A stretch of 64,000 bases of DNA from Kiritimatiellia bacterium (lineage in GTDB: Bacteria; Verrucomicrobiota; Kiritimatiellia; JAQICX01), in assembly GCA_027858345.1 (NCBI GenBank), contig JAQICX010000242.1, positions 2,787 to 66,786 on the forward strand, given 5' to 3'. Under the pieces are notes generated by a model, which saw only the letters and a list, made by a program, of their open reading frames with translations, was not told the origin of the DNA and made no database searches. Of this stretch, positions 40,501-50,424 are shown one piece after another; within the stretch, counting starts at the first letter, position 1, and each line of letters starts with the position of its first letter. Position numbers and translations under genes: made by a program.

Positions 40501-41351
40501 TCATCGCTGAGTTCTCTCCAAGATTTGAAGAACTTGATGAGAAACATGTTGCATCAGTTGATAAGGTTGAGAGCGGTGACGATGTTGATTCAGGTATCGT
40601 TAAGCAGGTAAAAGTTTATATTGCTGATAAAAAGAAATTATCTGTTGGTGACAAACTTTCAGGTCGTCATGGTAACAAAGGTGTTGTTTCTAAGATTGTT
40701 TCAGAATGCGACATGCCTTACATGCCTGATGGAACTCCTGTGGATATCGTATTGAATCCTCTTGGTGTGCCTTCTCGTATGAACCTTGGACAGGTTTTTG
40801 AAACTCATCTTGGCATGGCTTGTGACATTCTTGGTTTACATGCCGGAACACCTATCTTTGATGGTATTAAAGAAGCAACAATTTCTGATTTACTTGAAGA
40901 AGCTGGTTGTGATAGAGATGGCAAAACATACCTTTATGATGGTAGAACTGGTGAACGCTTTGACCAAAGAGTTGTTGTTGGGCAAATTTATATGCTTAAA
41001 CTTCATCACTTGGTATCTGACAAACTACACTCAAGGTCTGTTGGTCCATACTCATTGGTTACACAACAACCTCTTGGTGGTAAAGCTCAGCATGGTGGTC
41101 AGAGAATGGGTGAAATGGAAGTTTGGGCTCTTGAAGCCTACGGTGTTGCCTATGCTCTGCAAGAGTTGCTTACGGTTAAGAGTGACGATGTTGTCGGTAG
41201 AACAAAGATATATGAATCTATTGTTAAGGGCGAGAACGTTCTAGACGCAGGTATGCCTGAGTCATTCAGTGTTCTTATTAGTGAACTTCGAGGATTGTGC
41301 TTGAATATTGAGCCGCATTCTAAAGACGAAGATAAATTGGACCTTATATAA
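37584..41351 (+). CDS. rpoB: DNA-directed RNA polymerase subunit beta
   Basis: 1255 aa with conserved beta-subunit blocks throughout. Confidence 0.97.
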   Translation: MAQRKSFGKLQAVIEPPDLIELQAQSYKDFLQEDCKPEKRKTEGLQSVFKEVFPIESYDGKYLLDFVKYELTMPKNSYIDVLRDGGTYSIALNVTFRLQDGDELREDKVYMGEIPLMTPTGSFVVNGAERVVVSQLHRSPGICSEKSIHQNGDPLYSMRVIPDRGSWIEIQFDTSNLIWIYVDRRRRRRKFLATTFLRALGYGSDEELLNLYYEFADLDVKGDYEEEELADFVFCDDVLDIDSQNVIARKYEILTPVSIQQLRDAGFESVKVVDISWDGGLILESIKADSANTTDDALKDIYQKLRPGDPATVSNARQLLKRQFFDAKRYDLGVVGRHKINKKLGLEGKIPNTQRVLDVEDVIETLRMLVDIRKGDLNVDDIDHLGSRRVRTVGELVENQCRVGLARTERLVRERMTLYDADKGAALTPAKLVNSKSLSAVVQDFFARSQLSQFMDQTNPLSELAHKRRLSALGPGGLSRDRAGFEVRDVHLSHYGRICPIETPEGPNIGLISSLATYARRNEFGFIETPYLKVKKGVVSKDVDYLSADEEEKFIIAQANAPMDESRKFVNKMVACRYQTEMLEIEAKKVQYMDVSPKQITSVAAGLIPFLEHDDANRALMGANMMRQAVPLIKTERPYVATGMESLVAKDSRAIVTATAAGKVAYVDSNKIVISKDGKVPADEASKACQVYDLQKFRRSNAATCINQKPIVWFGDEVKVGDPLADGPATDQGELAIGKNLLVAFMPWDGYNFEDAILISERILKDDVFTSVHITNFECGARDTKLGPEEITRDIPNVGENALKNLSEEGIIYSGARVVPGDILVGKITPKSETELAPEERLLRAIFGEKAAEVRDTSLTVPSGTNGVVMDVRVTTHLKELVKEDLAEKKTHVKNLKDDYKTARQDLMNDLTDALSNILLGEKIPLEVVNALNGEIIIPSNRKITKTLLRKLANAYEHIQIESSPIQEKIDDIIAEFSPRFEELDEKHVASVDKVESGDDVDSGIVKQVKVYIADKKKLSVGDKLSGRHGNKGVVSKIVSECDMPYMPDGTPVDIVLNPLGVPSRMNLGQVFETHLGMACDILGLHAGTPIFDGIKEATISDLLEEAGCDRDGKTYLYDGRTGERFDQRVVVGQIYMLKLHHLVSDKLHSRSVGPYSLVTQQPLGGKAQHGGQRMGEMEVWALEAYGVAYALQELLTVKSDDVVGRTKIYESIVKGENVLDAGMPESFSVLISELRGLCLNIEPHSKDEDKLDLI

Positions 41352-41367
41352 CCCCTTGGAGAATTAA

Positions 41368-44300
41368 ATGAATCAATACTTAACAAGAGAAATGGTCACA
41401 GTGCCGGGATTTGATGGTGACTTTGATTCCGTAGGAATCAAACTCGCAGCATCTGATGCAATTCGCGACTGGAGTTATGGGGAAGTTAAAAACCCTGAAA
41501 CCATTAATTATAGAACATATAAGCCAGAACGTGGAGGTCTATTCTGTGAAAGAATTTTTGGACCGACAAAAGACTGGGAATGTTCTTGCGGGAAATACAA
41601 AAGAATTAAACATAAAGGTGTTACTTGTGACCGTTGCGGTGTAGAAGTAACGCTTTCAAAAGTAAGACGTCAGAGAATGGGACATATTGAACTTGTAGTT
41701 CCGGTGTCACACATCTGGTTCTTCAAATGTACACCAAGTCGTATGGGGCTTATGCTTGATATGACTGCAACAAATCTGGAACGTGTTCTTTATTATGAAG
41801 ATTACTTAGTTACAGATCCAGGTGATACTCCTTTGAAGAAGAAGCAATTGCTTACTGAATTGGAATATAGAGAGGCTCTTGAAAGCTTTGGCGATGAGTC
41901 ATTTGAAGCTGGTATGGGTGCAAAGGTTGTTCAAGAACTTTTGGCTGGTATCGAATTGGATGAAGAAACCATCATTCTTGATGAGCAACTTGCCAAAACT
42001 AAAAGTAAGCAGACTCGTAAGAAGCTTGCAAAGAAAATGAGCATTATTGAAGGTTTTAGAGTCAGTGGAACTCGTCCTGAATGGATGGTTCTTAATGTGC
42101 TGCCGGTTATTCCGCCAGAACTAAGACCTCTTGTACCATTGGAAGGTGGGCGCTTTGCTACATCGGACTTGAATGATTTATACAGAAGAGTTATCAACAG
42201 AAACAATCGTTTGAAAAATCTATTGTCTCTTAAGACTCCTGATGTGATTATCAGAAACGAAAAACGTATGCTTCAAGAAGCTGTTGATGCTGTATTTGAT
42301 AATGGTCGTCATGGTCGTGCGGTAACTGGTCCTGGTAATAGACCTCTAAAATCTCTTAGTGAAATGCTAAAAGGTAAGACTGGTCGTTTCCGTCAGAACT
42401 TGCTTGGTAAACGTGTTGACTATTCTGGTCGTTCGGTTATAGTTGTTGGACCTAAGATGAAGATTCATCAATGTGGTCTGCCAAAGAAAATGGCATTGAC
42501 TCTGTTTGAACCATTTATCATCAGAAGACTTAAAGAACTAGGTATAACTCATACTGTTCGTAGTGCTAAAAAATTGATTGAAAGCAAAGATGACGTTGTA
42601 TGGAATATTCTTGAAGAAGTAATCACAGGTAAAACAGTTATGTTGAACCGTGCTCCAACTCTTCATAGATTGAGTATTCAGTCATTTGAGCCAATCCTTG
42701 TAGAAGGCGACGCAATTCATTTGCATCCATTGGTATGTACAGCTTTTAATGCTGACTTTGATGGTGACCAGATGGCTGTTCACGTTCCTCTTTCAGTGGA
42801 AGCTCAGATGGAATCTCGTTTGATGATGCTTTCATCAAATAGTATTTTCTCTCCTTCAAGTGGTCAGTCAATTATGACTCCTACTCAGGATATTGCACTA
42901 GGTGTATATTACCTAACAACTCTTACCCAAAAAGATAAAATGGCTGAGTTGGCTAGTGATGGACATGAAGAAAATCCAAAACTACCAATATTTGGTGATT
43001 GTTCTGAGGTTTTCATTGCATACGAAGACGGAGCTCTGAGAACTCGTTCCCAGATCTATTTCCGTAATCCGGACTATGGAAGAAAAACCATTTTTGGCGA
43101 TTCTGAAACAAAAATTTTGAAGACAACTGTTGGTCGTGTTTTCTTTAATGAAATCTGGCCTGAACAAATTGGTTTTATTAACAAAAAAGTTGATAAATCT
43201 TTGATGGGCAAGATGATCTGGCATACACATAACGATGCAGGTCACAAACGTACGGTTGAATTGCTTGATGAATTGAAAGCTCTTGGATACAAGTTTGCTA
43301 CAATCGCAGGTGTTTCTGTAGGTATTACTGACACAATTATTCCTCCTGAAAAGCAGGGAATTATTGATGAAGGTACCGCCGCTGTTTCCGAAGTTGAAAA
43401 ACAATATAAACTTGGTGTTATTACTGATGGTGAACGTCATAATAAGATCCAGGATATTTGGACTCATGCTACTGAAAGAATTGCTAACGTGATGATTTCT
43501 GCAATCGAGGAAAACAATGATATTGATGAAACAAACTCTGTTTTCATGATGTTTGACTCAAAAGCTCGTGGTAGTAAACTTCAGATCAGACAGCTTGCTG
43601 GTATGCGTGGTTTGATGGCTAAGCCATCTGGTGAGATTATTGAAACTCCAATTACATCAAACTTCCGTGAAGGATTGAGTGTGTTGGAATACTTCAGTAG
43701 TACTCATGGTGCTCGTAAAGGTTTGGCTGATACAGCCCTTAAAACTGCTGATGCCGGTTACTTGACTAGAAAACTTGTTGATGTGTCGCAGGACGTTATC
43801 ATCGTTGAACAGGATTGTAACACTCTTAATGGTATCACTGTTGCACCTATGATGCAGGCTGACGAAGAAAAAATTCCTTTGGAAGTTCGTATTCTTGGTA
43901 GAACATGTGCTGAAGACATCAGAAACCCAATCACAAACGAAATTGCTGTACCAATGGGTACTCCGATTAACGAAGCTATTGCTGCAAAAATCAAAGCAAC
44001 TGGCGTGACACGTGTTAAGATTCGAAGCGTGCTGACTTGTGAAGCCGAATATGGCGTATGTGCAAAATGCTACGGTCGTGACCTGGCAACAGGTAAGGGC
44101 GTAGAGATTGGCACAGCTGTTGGTATTATCGCTGCTCAGTCAATTGGTGAACCAGGCACACAGCTTACTATGCGTACTTTCCATATTGGTGGTACAGCAA
44201 GTTCTGTATTTAAGCAACCTGAAGTTAAGGTTAAGACCACTGGCCGTGCTGTTTATCATGATCTACGTATTGTGAAAAACAGAGATGGCGAACTTGTTGT

Positions 44301-45525
44301 TCTGAACAAAAATGGTTCAGTCAGTGTACATGATGAGCATGGTAGAGAACTTGACAGATATGTTATTGAAATGGGTGCAACAATTTATGTTGAAGAACAT
44401 GGATTAATCAAAGAAGGTAGTATTCTTGCGGCATGGGATCCATACAGTATTCCTATTATTTCCGACCAGGAAGGTTCAATTGAATTCCATGAATTCGTTG
44501 AAGGCGTTTCTGTTAAGAAAGAAAAAGATGCTGCAACAGGTCGTATTGGCACAGTTGTTCTGGAAACTAGAGAAAACTTACATCCTCAGATTGTTATCAA
44601 AGACAAAGAGGGTAACAATAGTGCTCTATATACTATTCCAGCTGGTGCCCACGTTATGGTTAAAGAAGGCGAATCAATCTTCTCTGGGCAGGTTATTGCT
44701 AAGACTCCTCGTAAGGAATCAAAAACAAAAGATATTACAGGTGGTCTACCACGGGTGTCTGAATTGTTTGAAGCTAGATCTCCTAAAGATGCTGCTGAAA
44801 TCGCTAAAATTGATGGTATCGTTGACTTTGGTCCTAACCAAAGAGGTAAACGTTGCTTGATCATTCGTGATGAGAACACAAAAGATGAAGAAGAACACTT
44901 GATCGCTATGGGTAAACACATCGTTGTTTTCAAAAATGACCGTGTGAAAAAAGGCCAACAGCTTACTGAAGGCCCTGTAGTTCCTCAAGAAATCTTGGAA
45001 GTTTGTGGACCACAAGAGTTGCAGGAGTATCTTGTTAATGAAGTTCAAATGATTTACTGCGTACAAGGCGTGGAAATTAATGACAAGCATATTGAAATTA
45101 TTGTTCGTCAGATGTTGCGTAAGGTTCGTATTACGGATCCGGGTGACACTGAATTCCTTTGGGGTGAACAAATTTCAAGAGCACGTTTTGAAGAAATCAA
45201 TAAGAGCGTTATGGAAGAAGGTCGTAGACCAGCTCAAGCCAGCCCAGCTCTGCTTGGTATCACAAAAGCATCTCTTGAAACTGATAGTTTCATTTCTGCT
45301 GCTTCATTCCAGGACACAACACGTGTTCTTACAGATGCAGCAAGTCTTGGTAGACAAGATGTGCTTCGTGGTTTCAAAGAAAATGTTATTATGGGGCATC
45401 TTATTCCTGGTGGTACCGGATTCCATATCCATAAGAACATTAAACTTGTTCCATTGGTGGATCCTATCTACGAAGAAAAGGAAGAAGAACCTCTGCGTTC
45501 AGTTGAAGAAACCTCTGAATTCTAA
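41368..45525 (+). CDS. rpoC: DNA-directed RNA polymerase subunit beta'
   Basis: 1385 aa with a Zn-binding CxxC...CxxC N-terminus and the NADFDGD catalytic motif. Confidence 0.97.
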   Translation: MNQYLTREMVTVPGFDGDFDSVGIKLAASDAIRDWSYGEVKNPETINYRTYKPERGGLFCERIFGPTKDWECSCGKYKRIKHKGVTCDRCGVEVTLSKVRRQRMGHIELVVPVSHIWFFKCTPSRMGLMLDMTATNLERVLYYEDYLVTDPGDTPLKKKQLLTELEYREALESFGDESFEAGMGAKVVQELLAGIELDEETIILDEQLAKTKSKQTRKKLAKKMSIIEGFRVSGTRPEWMVLNVLPVIPPELRPLVPLEGGRFATSDLNDLYRRVINRNNRLKNLLSLKTPDVIIRNEKRMLQEAVDAVFDNGRHGRAVTGPGNRPLKSLSEMLKGKTGRFRQNLLGKRVDYSGRSVIVVGPKMKIHQCGLPKKMALTLFEPFIIRRLKELGITHTVRSAKKLIESKDDVVWNILEEVITGKTVMLNRAPTLHRLSIQSFEPILVEGDAIHLHPLVCTAFNADFDGDQMAVHVPLSVEAQMESRLMMLSSNSIFSPSSGQSIMTPTQDIALGVYYLTTLTQKDKMAELASDGHEENPKLPIFGDCSEVFIAYEDGALRTRSQIYFRNPDYGRKTIFGDSETKILKTTVGRVFFNEIWPEQIGFINKKVDKSLMGKMIWHTHNDAGHKRTVELLDELKALGYKFATIAGVSVGITDTIIPPEKQGIIDEGTAAVSEVEKQYKLGVITDGERHNKIQDIWTHATERIANVMISAIEENNDIDETNSVFMMFDSKARGSKLQIRQLAGMRGLMAKPSGEIIETPITSNFREGLSVLEYFSSTHGARKGLADTALKTADAGYLTRKLVDVSQDVIIVEQDCNTLNGITVAPMMQADEEKIPLEVRILGRTCAEDIRNPITNEIAVPMGTPINEAIAAKIKATGVTRVKIRSVLTCEAEYGVCAKCYGRDLATGKGVEIGTAVGIIAAQSIGEPGTQLTMRTFHIGGTASSVFKQPEVKVKTTGRAVYHDLRIVKNRDGELVVLNKNGSVSVHDEHGRELDRYVIEMGATIYVEEHGLIKEGSILAAWDPYSIPIISDQEGSIEFHEFVEGVSVKKEKDAATGRIGTVVLETRENLHPQIVIKDKEGNNSALYTIPAGAHVMVKEGESIFSGQVIAKTPRKESKTKDITGGLPRVSELFEARSPKDAAEIAKIDGIVDFGPNQRGKRCLIIRDENTKDEEEHLIAMGKHIVVFKNDRVKKGQQLTEGPVVPQEILEVCGPQELQEYLVNEVQMIYCVQGVEINDKHIEIIVRQMLRKVRITDPGDTEFLWGEQISRARFEEINKSVMEEGRRPAQASPALLGITKASLETDSFISAASFQDTTRVLTDAASLGRQDVLRGFKENVIMGHLIPGGTGFHIHKNIKLVPLVDPIYEEKEEEPLRSVEETSEF

Positions 45526-45545
45526 AAAATTAGAACTTACAACAA

Positions 45546-45575
45546 AAAGCCCGGCTAACCCCGGGCTTTTTTTTG
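45546..45575 (+). terminator. rho-independent terminator of the rpoBC operon
   Basis: aaaaagcccggctaaccccgggcttttttttg: a GC stem with a T-run. Confidence 0.75.
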
Positions 45576-45584
45576 CCCTGACAA

Positions 45585-45775
45585 AATTCTGAGACACAAA
45601 AATTAGGACGGTCTCCTTGATCCCGCCAACTGTAGCGTCGGGCGTTGACCGACGAACTAACCAAATTGTACTTTCTCGTTATTCCCCTTGGAACGCCGAG
45701 GTTGAGGAAAAACTCGGCACTAATCTGGCGACGTAGTCGCCACATCCGTCCCATAGGTCTCATTTGTCCCATTCT
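45585..45775. repeat. GC-rich repeat with GTAG-REP family B unit (caactgtagcgtcgggcgttgaccgacg) and gacgcagtcgtcacatccgtccca module
   Basis: The second module recurs at 59585-59650. Confidence 0.5.
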
Positions 45776-45807
45776 TCATTTTTCACCACCAAATCACCAA
45801 TCACCAC

Positions 45808-46269
45808 CTATTTCTCCATGAAGTCAGGATCCTTCTCAAACAGTCCAACAACAAAGTTTGGAAAACCATAACTTAGCATTCTTTCCGGAAAAGTCATATG
45901 CTGTTCGCTCATTGACATAACAACAATGTCAAAATTAAGTAATTTTTTGTACAGCTCTGATATTTCAGGGTCATTCTTGTTTATTTTGATCTTTGATTTT
46001 GGTTTGTCTTTGTAATGAGTTATAATACTACTGTTGTAATAAACAAGCTGGACATCTGAAAAGACTTCAGAGTATATCGCGGCATAAGCTAGAAGGTGAC
46101 ATGCACTGTCGCCAATAAATAGTATTGATGGCTTTTTATCTCCTTTGAAATTTGCAGAGGAGTCAATAGGGTACTTAAGTTCGGGTCCCATAAAAACTTG
46201 TGGAGTCCATATGTTCATTAAATCAACCAGATCAGTATCCATGAAGTGTCTTGAGCTGACTTTTATCAA
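45808..46269 (-). CDS. hypothetical protein with GDS(L)-like motif (ILFIGDSACH), possibly truncated
   Basis: ORF only. Its N-terminus abuts the transposase remnant. Confidence 0.3.
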   Translation of the reverse strand: MIKVSSRHFMDTDLVDLMNIWTPQVFMGPELKYPIDSSANFKGDKKPSILFIGDSACHLLAYAAIYSEVFSDVQLVYYNSSIITHYKDKPKSKIKINKNDPEISELYKKLLNFDIVVMSMSEQHMTFPERMLSYGFPNFVVGLFEKDPDFMEK

Positions 46270-46440
46270 CCACTCTTGACAGAAGTTTTTGCATTGATGC
46301 AGTAAAAGAAACCTTGCAAAGATACGGCACTCCTGATATCTTTAACACTTATCAAGGATCTCAGTATACTAATGAATAATTCACAGATTTACTGAAAGAG
46401 CTCAATGTTAAGATAAGCATTGCAAGCATTTATGTTGCAA
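46263..46440 (+). mobile_element. IS3-family transposase (OrfB DDE domain) remnant with in-frame stop
   Basis: Manual + strand translation gives ...SFCIDAVKETLQRYGTPDIFNTYQGSQYTNE*FTDLLKELNVKISIAS, resembling the IS3 ...HSDQGSQYTS..F..LL...GI..S motif. Only about 60 codons remain. Confidence 0.45.
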
Positions 46441-46494
46441 AAGCTAGCGATGCTAACAGTGATAAGTAATAGGTCGGAAGTGATAAGTAAGAAA

Positions 46495-46740
46495 ATGTAA
46501 ATGGCTTGTGTTGCTCTGCATAACATGTTTTTCCTTGCCCAAGGGACGCAGCTTCCACCTTCACCGTTTCGGTCTCCGGCGCGACAAGAGGAGTGGACTT
46601 TGCAGATTAACCTTTGATTGGTGAAGGAGCCCTGCTTGTCGCGCCGGAGGAACGTAGGCGGATAGCCGAGTCGCTCCGGCTCGGAAAACAAAGACTCACG
46701 CAGTGAGTGATGTTGAAATCATGTAGGGGCGAGATGCATA
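46495..46740. repeat. GC-rich palindromic repeat (ccaccttcaccg...ggtgaaggag; ccggcgcgacaag...cttgtcgcgccgg; atagccgagtcgctccggctcgg)
   Basis: Long inverted repeats read in the sequence. The gccgagtc/ctcgg module is shared with 3470-3490 and 49270-49300. Confidence 0.5.
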
Positions 46741-46768
46741 TCGCCAGAACTAATGGAGAAAAACAAAA

Positions 46769-47815
46769 ATGGATATAGCAAATAGAAATGAAAAGAACCC
46801 GATAATTGTGCCGGCTGATGTTGTGCCCAGTGTAGAAGGTGCAGTAGTTGAATGTGTATTGAATGCCGGGGCATTTAAATTTAATGGACGTATAGGACTT
46901 CTTATGCGTGTTGCTGAACGTATGGAGCAAGTTGAGGGAGAGCTTTCAACTTTAGTTGCCGACGAGAATTCGGAATTAGGCGTAAAGGTTGTTTCATTTA
47001 AACTGGATGATCCTAAGCTTGACTATACAGATCCAAGGGTGTTCAGCTATGAAGGAGTGCCATATCTCACGACTATAAGTCATTTGCGTCTTGCCTGGAG
47101 TGATGATGGAGTCAATTTTGAGATTGAGGAACGTCCTCTTCTGACAGGTAGTGGTAAAATGGAAACCTTTGGTATTGAAGATTGCCGGGTTACACAGATT
47201 GATGACACATATTATCTTACATATAGTGCTGTTTCTGAAAATGGAGTTGGCGTGGCCCTTCAGACGACCAAGGACTGGAAAACATTTGAGAAGTATGGAT
47301 TGATTTTCCCTCCACATAACAAAGATTGCACTTTTTTTGAAGAGAAGATTAATGGCAAGTTTGTTGCACTTCACAGACCTGTAGGTGCGGATGTTGGCGG
47401 ACCATATATGTGGTGTTCAGAATCTCCAGATTTGATTCATTGGGGAAATCATGATTGTATTGCTCGAACTCGCATTAGGCAATGGGATTGTCAACGCCTT
47501 GGGGCAGGGGCTGCACCAATAAAGACAGACAAGGGTTGGTTAGAGATATATCATGGTTGCAATGATGAATCTCGATATTGCCTAGGAGCTATGCTTCTCG
47601 ATATTAATAACCCGACAAAAGTGATTGCTCGTTCCGATGAACCTATTATGGAGCCAATTGCTGAATATGAGCAAAAGGGCTTCTTTGGTAATGTTGTTTT
47701 TACCAACGGGCATATTATCGATGGTGATAAGGTAACAATTTATTATGGTGCATCAGATACAGTTATCTGTATGGCAACCATGTCAATTTCTGAAATTCTA
47801 GGCACATTAGTATAG
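46769..47815 (+). CDS. GH130-family glycoside phosphorylase/hydrolase (beta-mannoside phosphorylase-like)
   Basis: N-terminal NPIIVP..., DCRVTQIDDTYYLTYSA, and a 5-bladed propeller-like size of 348 aa. Confidence 0.55.
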   Translation: MDIANRNEKNPIIVPADVVPSVEGAVVECVLNAGAFKFNGRIGLLMRVAERMEQVEGELSTLVADENSELGVKVVSFKLDDPKLDYTDPRVFSYEGVPYLTTISHLRLAWSDDGVNFEIEERPLLTGSGKMETFGIEDCRVTQIDDTYYLTYSAVSENGVGVALQTTKDWKTFEKYGLIFPPHNKDCTFFEEKINGKFVALHRPVGADVGGPYMWCSESPDLIHWGNHDCIARTRIRQWDCQRLGAGAAPIKTDKGWLEIYHGCNDESRYCLGAMLLDINNPTKVIARSDEPIMEPIAEYEQKGFFGNVVFTNGHIIDGDKVTIYYGASDTVICMATMSISEILGTLV

Positions 47816-47819
47816 TTTT

Positions 47820-48030
47820 GAATTCCGTCCGTCGTTCTAAGAGCTATGGCGGACACAGGCAGGGCTGATAGGTTGTTTATCTATAATATATAAATCGCCT
47901 TCTCCAGCCAGCCCTCGTCCGCCAAAACTGCTCCCCTTGCTAAGGAGGAGCTGTCGAGCTTGCTCGACTGAGGGGTGTTTCCCACTTCCCGCCTAACACT
48001 TATCTTCCTGCTGGCAACGCCAGCCTCTAA
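47820..48030. repeat. GC-rich repeat (gctcccc-ttgctaa-ggaggagc, gtcgagcttgctcgac, gctggcaacgccagc hairpins)
   Basis: Inverted version of the 22300-22340 and 31985-32015 module. Terminal hairpin immediately downstream of the 48027 gene end. Confidence 0.5.
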
Positions 48031-48440
48031 TCATCCTCATCGTCATAGAAATCTTTAGTGAAATCATCAACGTAATTGTCATCAAAATCCTCATCGACCT
48101 CATCATCCTCGTCATCCTCGTCATCGTTCTCATAGTCCTCAGCGGGGACCCAATCGATTACCGAGCCGCCACCCTCAAAATAATACGGACTAACTAAAAA
48201 ATCCATATTGCCTTCACGGGTAACCAAGAACTCTTTGACTAAAAATTTCTTGCCAGTATGAAGATCGACCATCTCCTCATGTAATGATGGAATATCCTCA
48301 AATGGGTATAACTCTTTTAATACAGCTGTTTTTTTATTCTCAGGAATTATGTATACTTCAATATAATTATCTGATGTTCCAACTTTTCTTGTCGGAAAAG
48401 GTAACCTGTTACTATCTTCATCTTTTAAAGAGTAGCTCAT
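48027..48440 (-). CDS. hypothetical protein with poly-acidic C-terminal tail (DDEDDEDDEVDEDFDD...)
   Basis: ORF only. Confidence 0.4.
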   Translation of the reverse strand: MSYSLKDEDSNRLPFPTRKVGTSDNYIEVYIIPENKKTAVLKELYPFEDIPSLHEEMVDLHTGKKFLVKEFLVTREGNMDFLVSPYYFEGGGSVIDWVPAEDYENDDEDDEDDEVDEDFDDNYVDDFTKDFYDDEDD

Positions 48441-48689
48441 TTGAGTCCTTTCTTATTGCTGAAAGTTTTATTTTTTTATTTTGTTAATAATTAATAGGGA
48501 TTACTGTTTAATGCAAGATTACACTTCTATTGTGTTTGACATAATATAACACATTACCCAAACAGTGTTTATGAATTGAACAGGATGCCCTAAATATGAT
48601 TTTCGAAATTATATTATTAGTCATTAATAAAATCAAGAATAATTATAAATTTCGCTTTAGGTATATCACAAATGGCTATTTGATTGGAC

Positions 48690-48840
48690 GTTTTCCGTTT
48701 CGAAGGTCACCTCGGGGCTTGCCCCCGTGGAGCCATGATTGGTTGGGCTGGAACATACAGCACTGCCAGCCCCAGCCCCGACAAATCACCCAAACTCCTC
48801 CTGGGAACGCCGAGCTCCAGCTTGGCATATTCCTCGCTAT
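48690..48840. repeat. GC-rich repeat (cacctcggggcttgcccccgtggagccatgattggtt module)
   Basis: Homologous to 49995-50035 (gatcaccgcggggcttgcccccgtgtagccatgagtggtt). Confidence 0.5.
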
Positions 48841-48893
48841 TAATTCATAATTGGACGTTGAAATAAACAAAAAAGTTGGATTGCACGCTTACC

Positions 48894-49265
48894 CCTTGAT
48901 TTTTCGGTTGAGTCACTTTATGAGAACGAGGACGACTGTAGGCCATTCACTACGTTCATTGCTTCACCCTATTGTTTATCTGTAATGGTTAAAGCCTCTC
49001 TCGCAGGCTCGAGTCTCGCTCCCAAACTTGCAGATTAATATTGTCTTGCAGGAATGGGAACCCACCCCTCCGTTCTCGTTCCTCGAACACCTCCTCCCGC
49101 AGAGCGGGACTAGCAAAACGCTAGCCGGGGAGGAGCTAATACGTCCTCATCGTCATAATAATTTGTTTTTCCCATTTATCACCAAAAACCGAGGAAATTT
49201 AAGATTCATTCCTTGATCTTATTGGCTCAAACGAACATTTTTATCTCCAACCGAAAAACTAAGGG
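48894..49265. mobile_element. MITE-like element (372 bp) with 16-bp TIRs ccttgatttttcggtt / aaccgaaaaactaagg
   Basis: Both termini read directly. The internal 150-bp block is about 95% identical to 54447-54590. Confidence 0.65.
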
Positions 49266-49500
49266 CTTACCGCCTGTAGCCGAGTCCCGTGGGCTCGGAG
49301 GAATTTGCAAACAACGCTGATATTGCTGCAGAACGCCTGTAGCGGCGGGCGTTGACCGCCTGTAGTAGACCTCCACAGAGGTCTGGAAAATTGCAACCCA
49401 AAGAAAGCCCCAGAGGGCGACATCTTAGTAGCCTCAGGTTTTAACCTGAGGAAAGATAAACAAATGAACAAAGAGTCCCATAGGAACGGCACCTCCTAGA
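49266..49500. repeat. cluster of GTAG-REP units (cctgtagccgagtcccgtgggctcgg; cgcctgtagcggcgggcgttgaccgcctgtagtagacctccacagaggtct)
   Basis: Three consecutive GTAG-plus-palindrome units read in the sequence. Confidence 0.55.
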
Positions 49501-49514
49501 GCGATGCCGACCCC

Positions 49515-49844
49515 CTAATTTAATGAAGAGCGATCCATAACATACCAAGCTGCGACCAGCGGATCTTCGACCGAGCTCCTGGTATGATGATCTTCACCCG
49601 CTGCCACTATGAAAACATCGCCTGCCTGGACGGGATATTCTTTACCATCGATAGGGAGGATGCCGGTCCCCTGCAGAAAGATAAAAACCTCGTCTACCTC
49701 GTGCACATGACGTGGTTCAGGGTGAGCGGTCTCTCCCCGTTTGAAAACATAGACTCCACCGCCCGTGATCTTGGCTTCTCCAAGTATGTCAGGCACGAGC
49801 AGTGTGCCGCCGATTTTGAGATCATGAATTGTCAATTTTATCAT
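49515..49844 (-). CDS. cupin-domain protein
   Basis: Cupin motifs G(X)5HXH-like HVHEVDEVFIFLQGTG and GDVFIVAAGEDHH. GC-rich. Confidence 0.5.
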   Translation of the reverse strand: MIKLTIHDLKIGGTLLVPDILGEAKITGGGVYVFKRGETAHPEPRHVHEVDEVFIFLQGTGILPIDGKEYPVQAGDVFIVAAGEDHHTRSSVEDPLVAAWYVMDRSSLN

Positions 49845-49864
49845 CTTATCCTCTTTTCTTCAGT

Positions 49865-50045
49865 ACGTTAACCTCACGGGCGACGATATGCCGACCGTGA
49901 AGCGATTTGTCAAAATTAATGTTTTTCAAATGAAGAGATCCATGTTTGGCAATTTGTAGACCTGTCGCGCCGTAGACAGGAACTGCGAAGGCAGATCACC
50001 GCGGGGCTTGCCCCCGTGTAGCCATGAGTGGTTAGAGCATTTCGC
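49865..50045. repeat. GC-rich repeat (ctcacgggcgacgatatgccgaccgtgaagcgatttgtcaaaatt; gcgccgtagacagg; ggggcttgcccccgtg)
   Basis: First block homologous to 18345-18395, last to 48715-48745. Confidence 0.5.
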
Positions 50046-50152
50046 TCATGAAACGCTGTAAATCTTTGTCCTGCGGCTTCTATTGAATCTTTCAAAAAAA
50101 CAGGCAATAGGCTTGCTATTACCTGATTTCTTTTTAAACGCCCAAGGTCGTC

Positions 50153-50413
50153 CTATTCCCAGTACTTCGGACGACCATAGAAGTCGTATAAGCGTACATC
50201 ATACTCACGGTTCACCAGATCAGAAGGGTCATATTCAGGACTGTCCTTGATCTTCTCTCTAGGTAGATCAACTTTCACCTTCTTTTCCGCCCAGTCTATC
50301 GAATCTATCCAAGTTGGTGATATCAGCACCTTCTTACCTGACAACCAATTGTGGGTATTAACTACTATTTTATAACAAACTTGAAGAATCTTTTCAATCT
50401 TTTTCTTAAACAT
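50153..50413 (-). CDS. possible small protein (about 87 aa, start MFKKKIEK)
   Basis: AT-rich distal part of the 345-aa ORF, downstream of the MITE. Could be an independent small gene or non-coding. Confidence 0.25.
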   Translation of the reverse strand: MFKKKIEKILQVCYKIVVNTHNWLSGKKVLISPTWIDSIDWAEKKVKVDLPREKIKDSPEYDPSDLVNREYDVRLYDFYGRPKYWE

Positions 50414-50424
50414 TCTTCGTTTAC

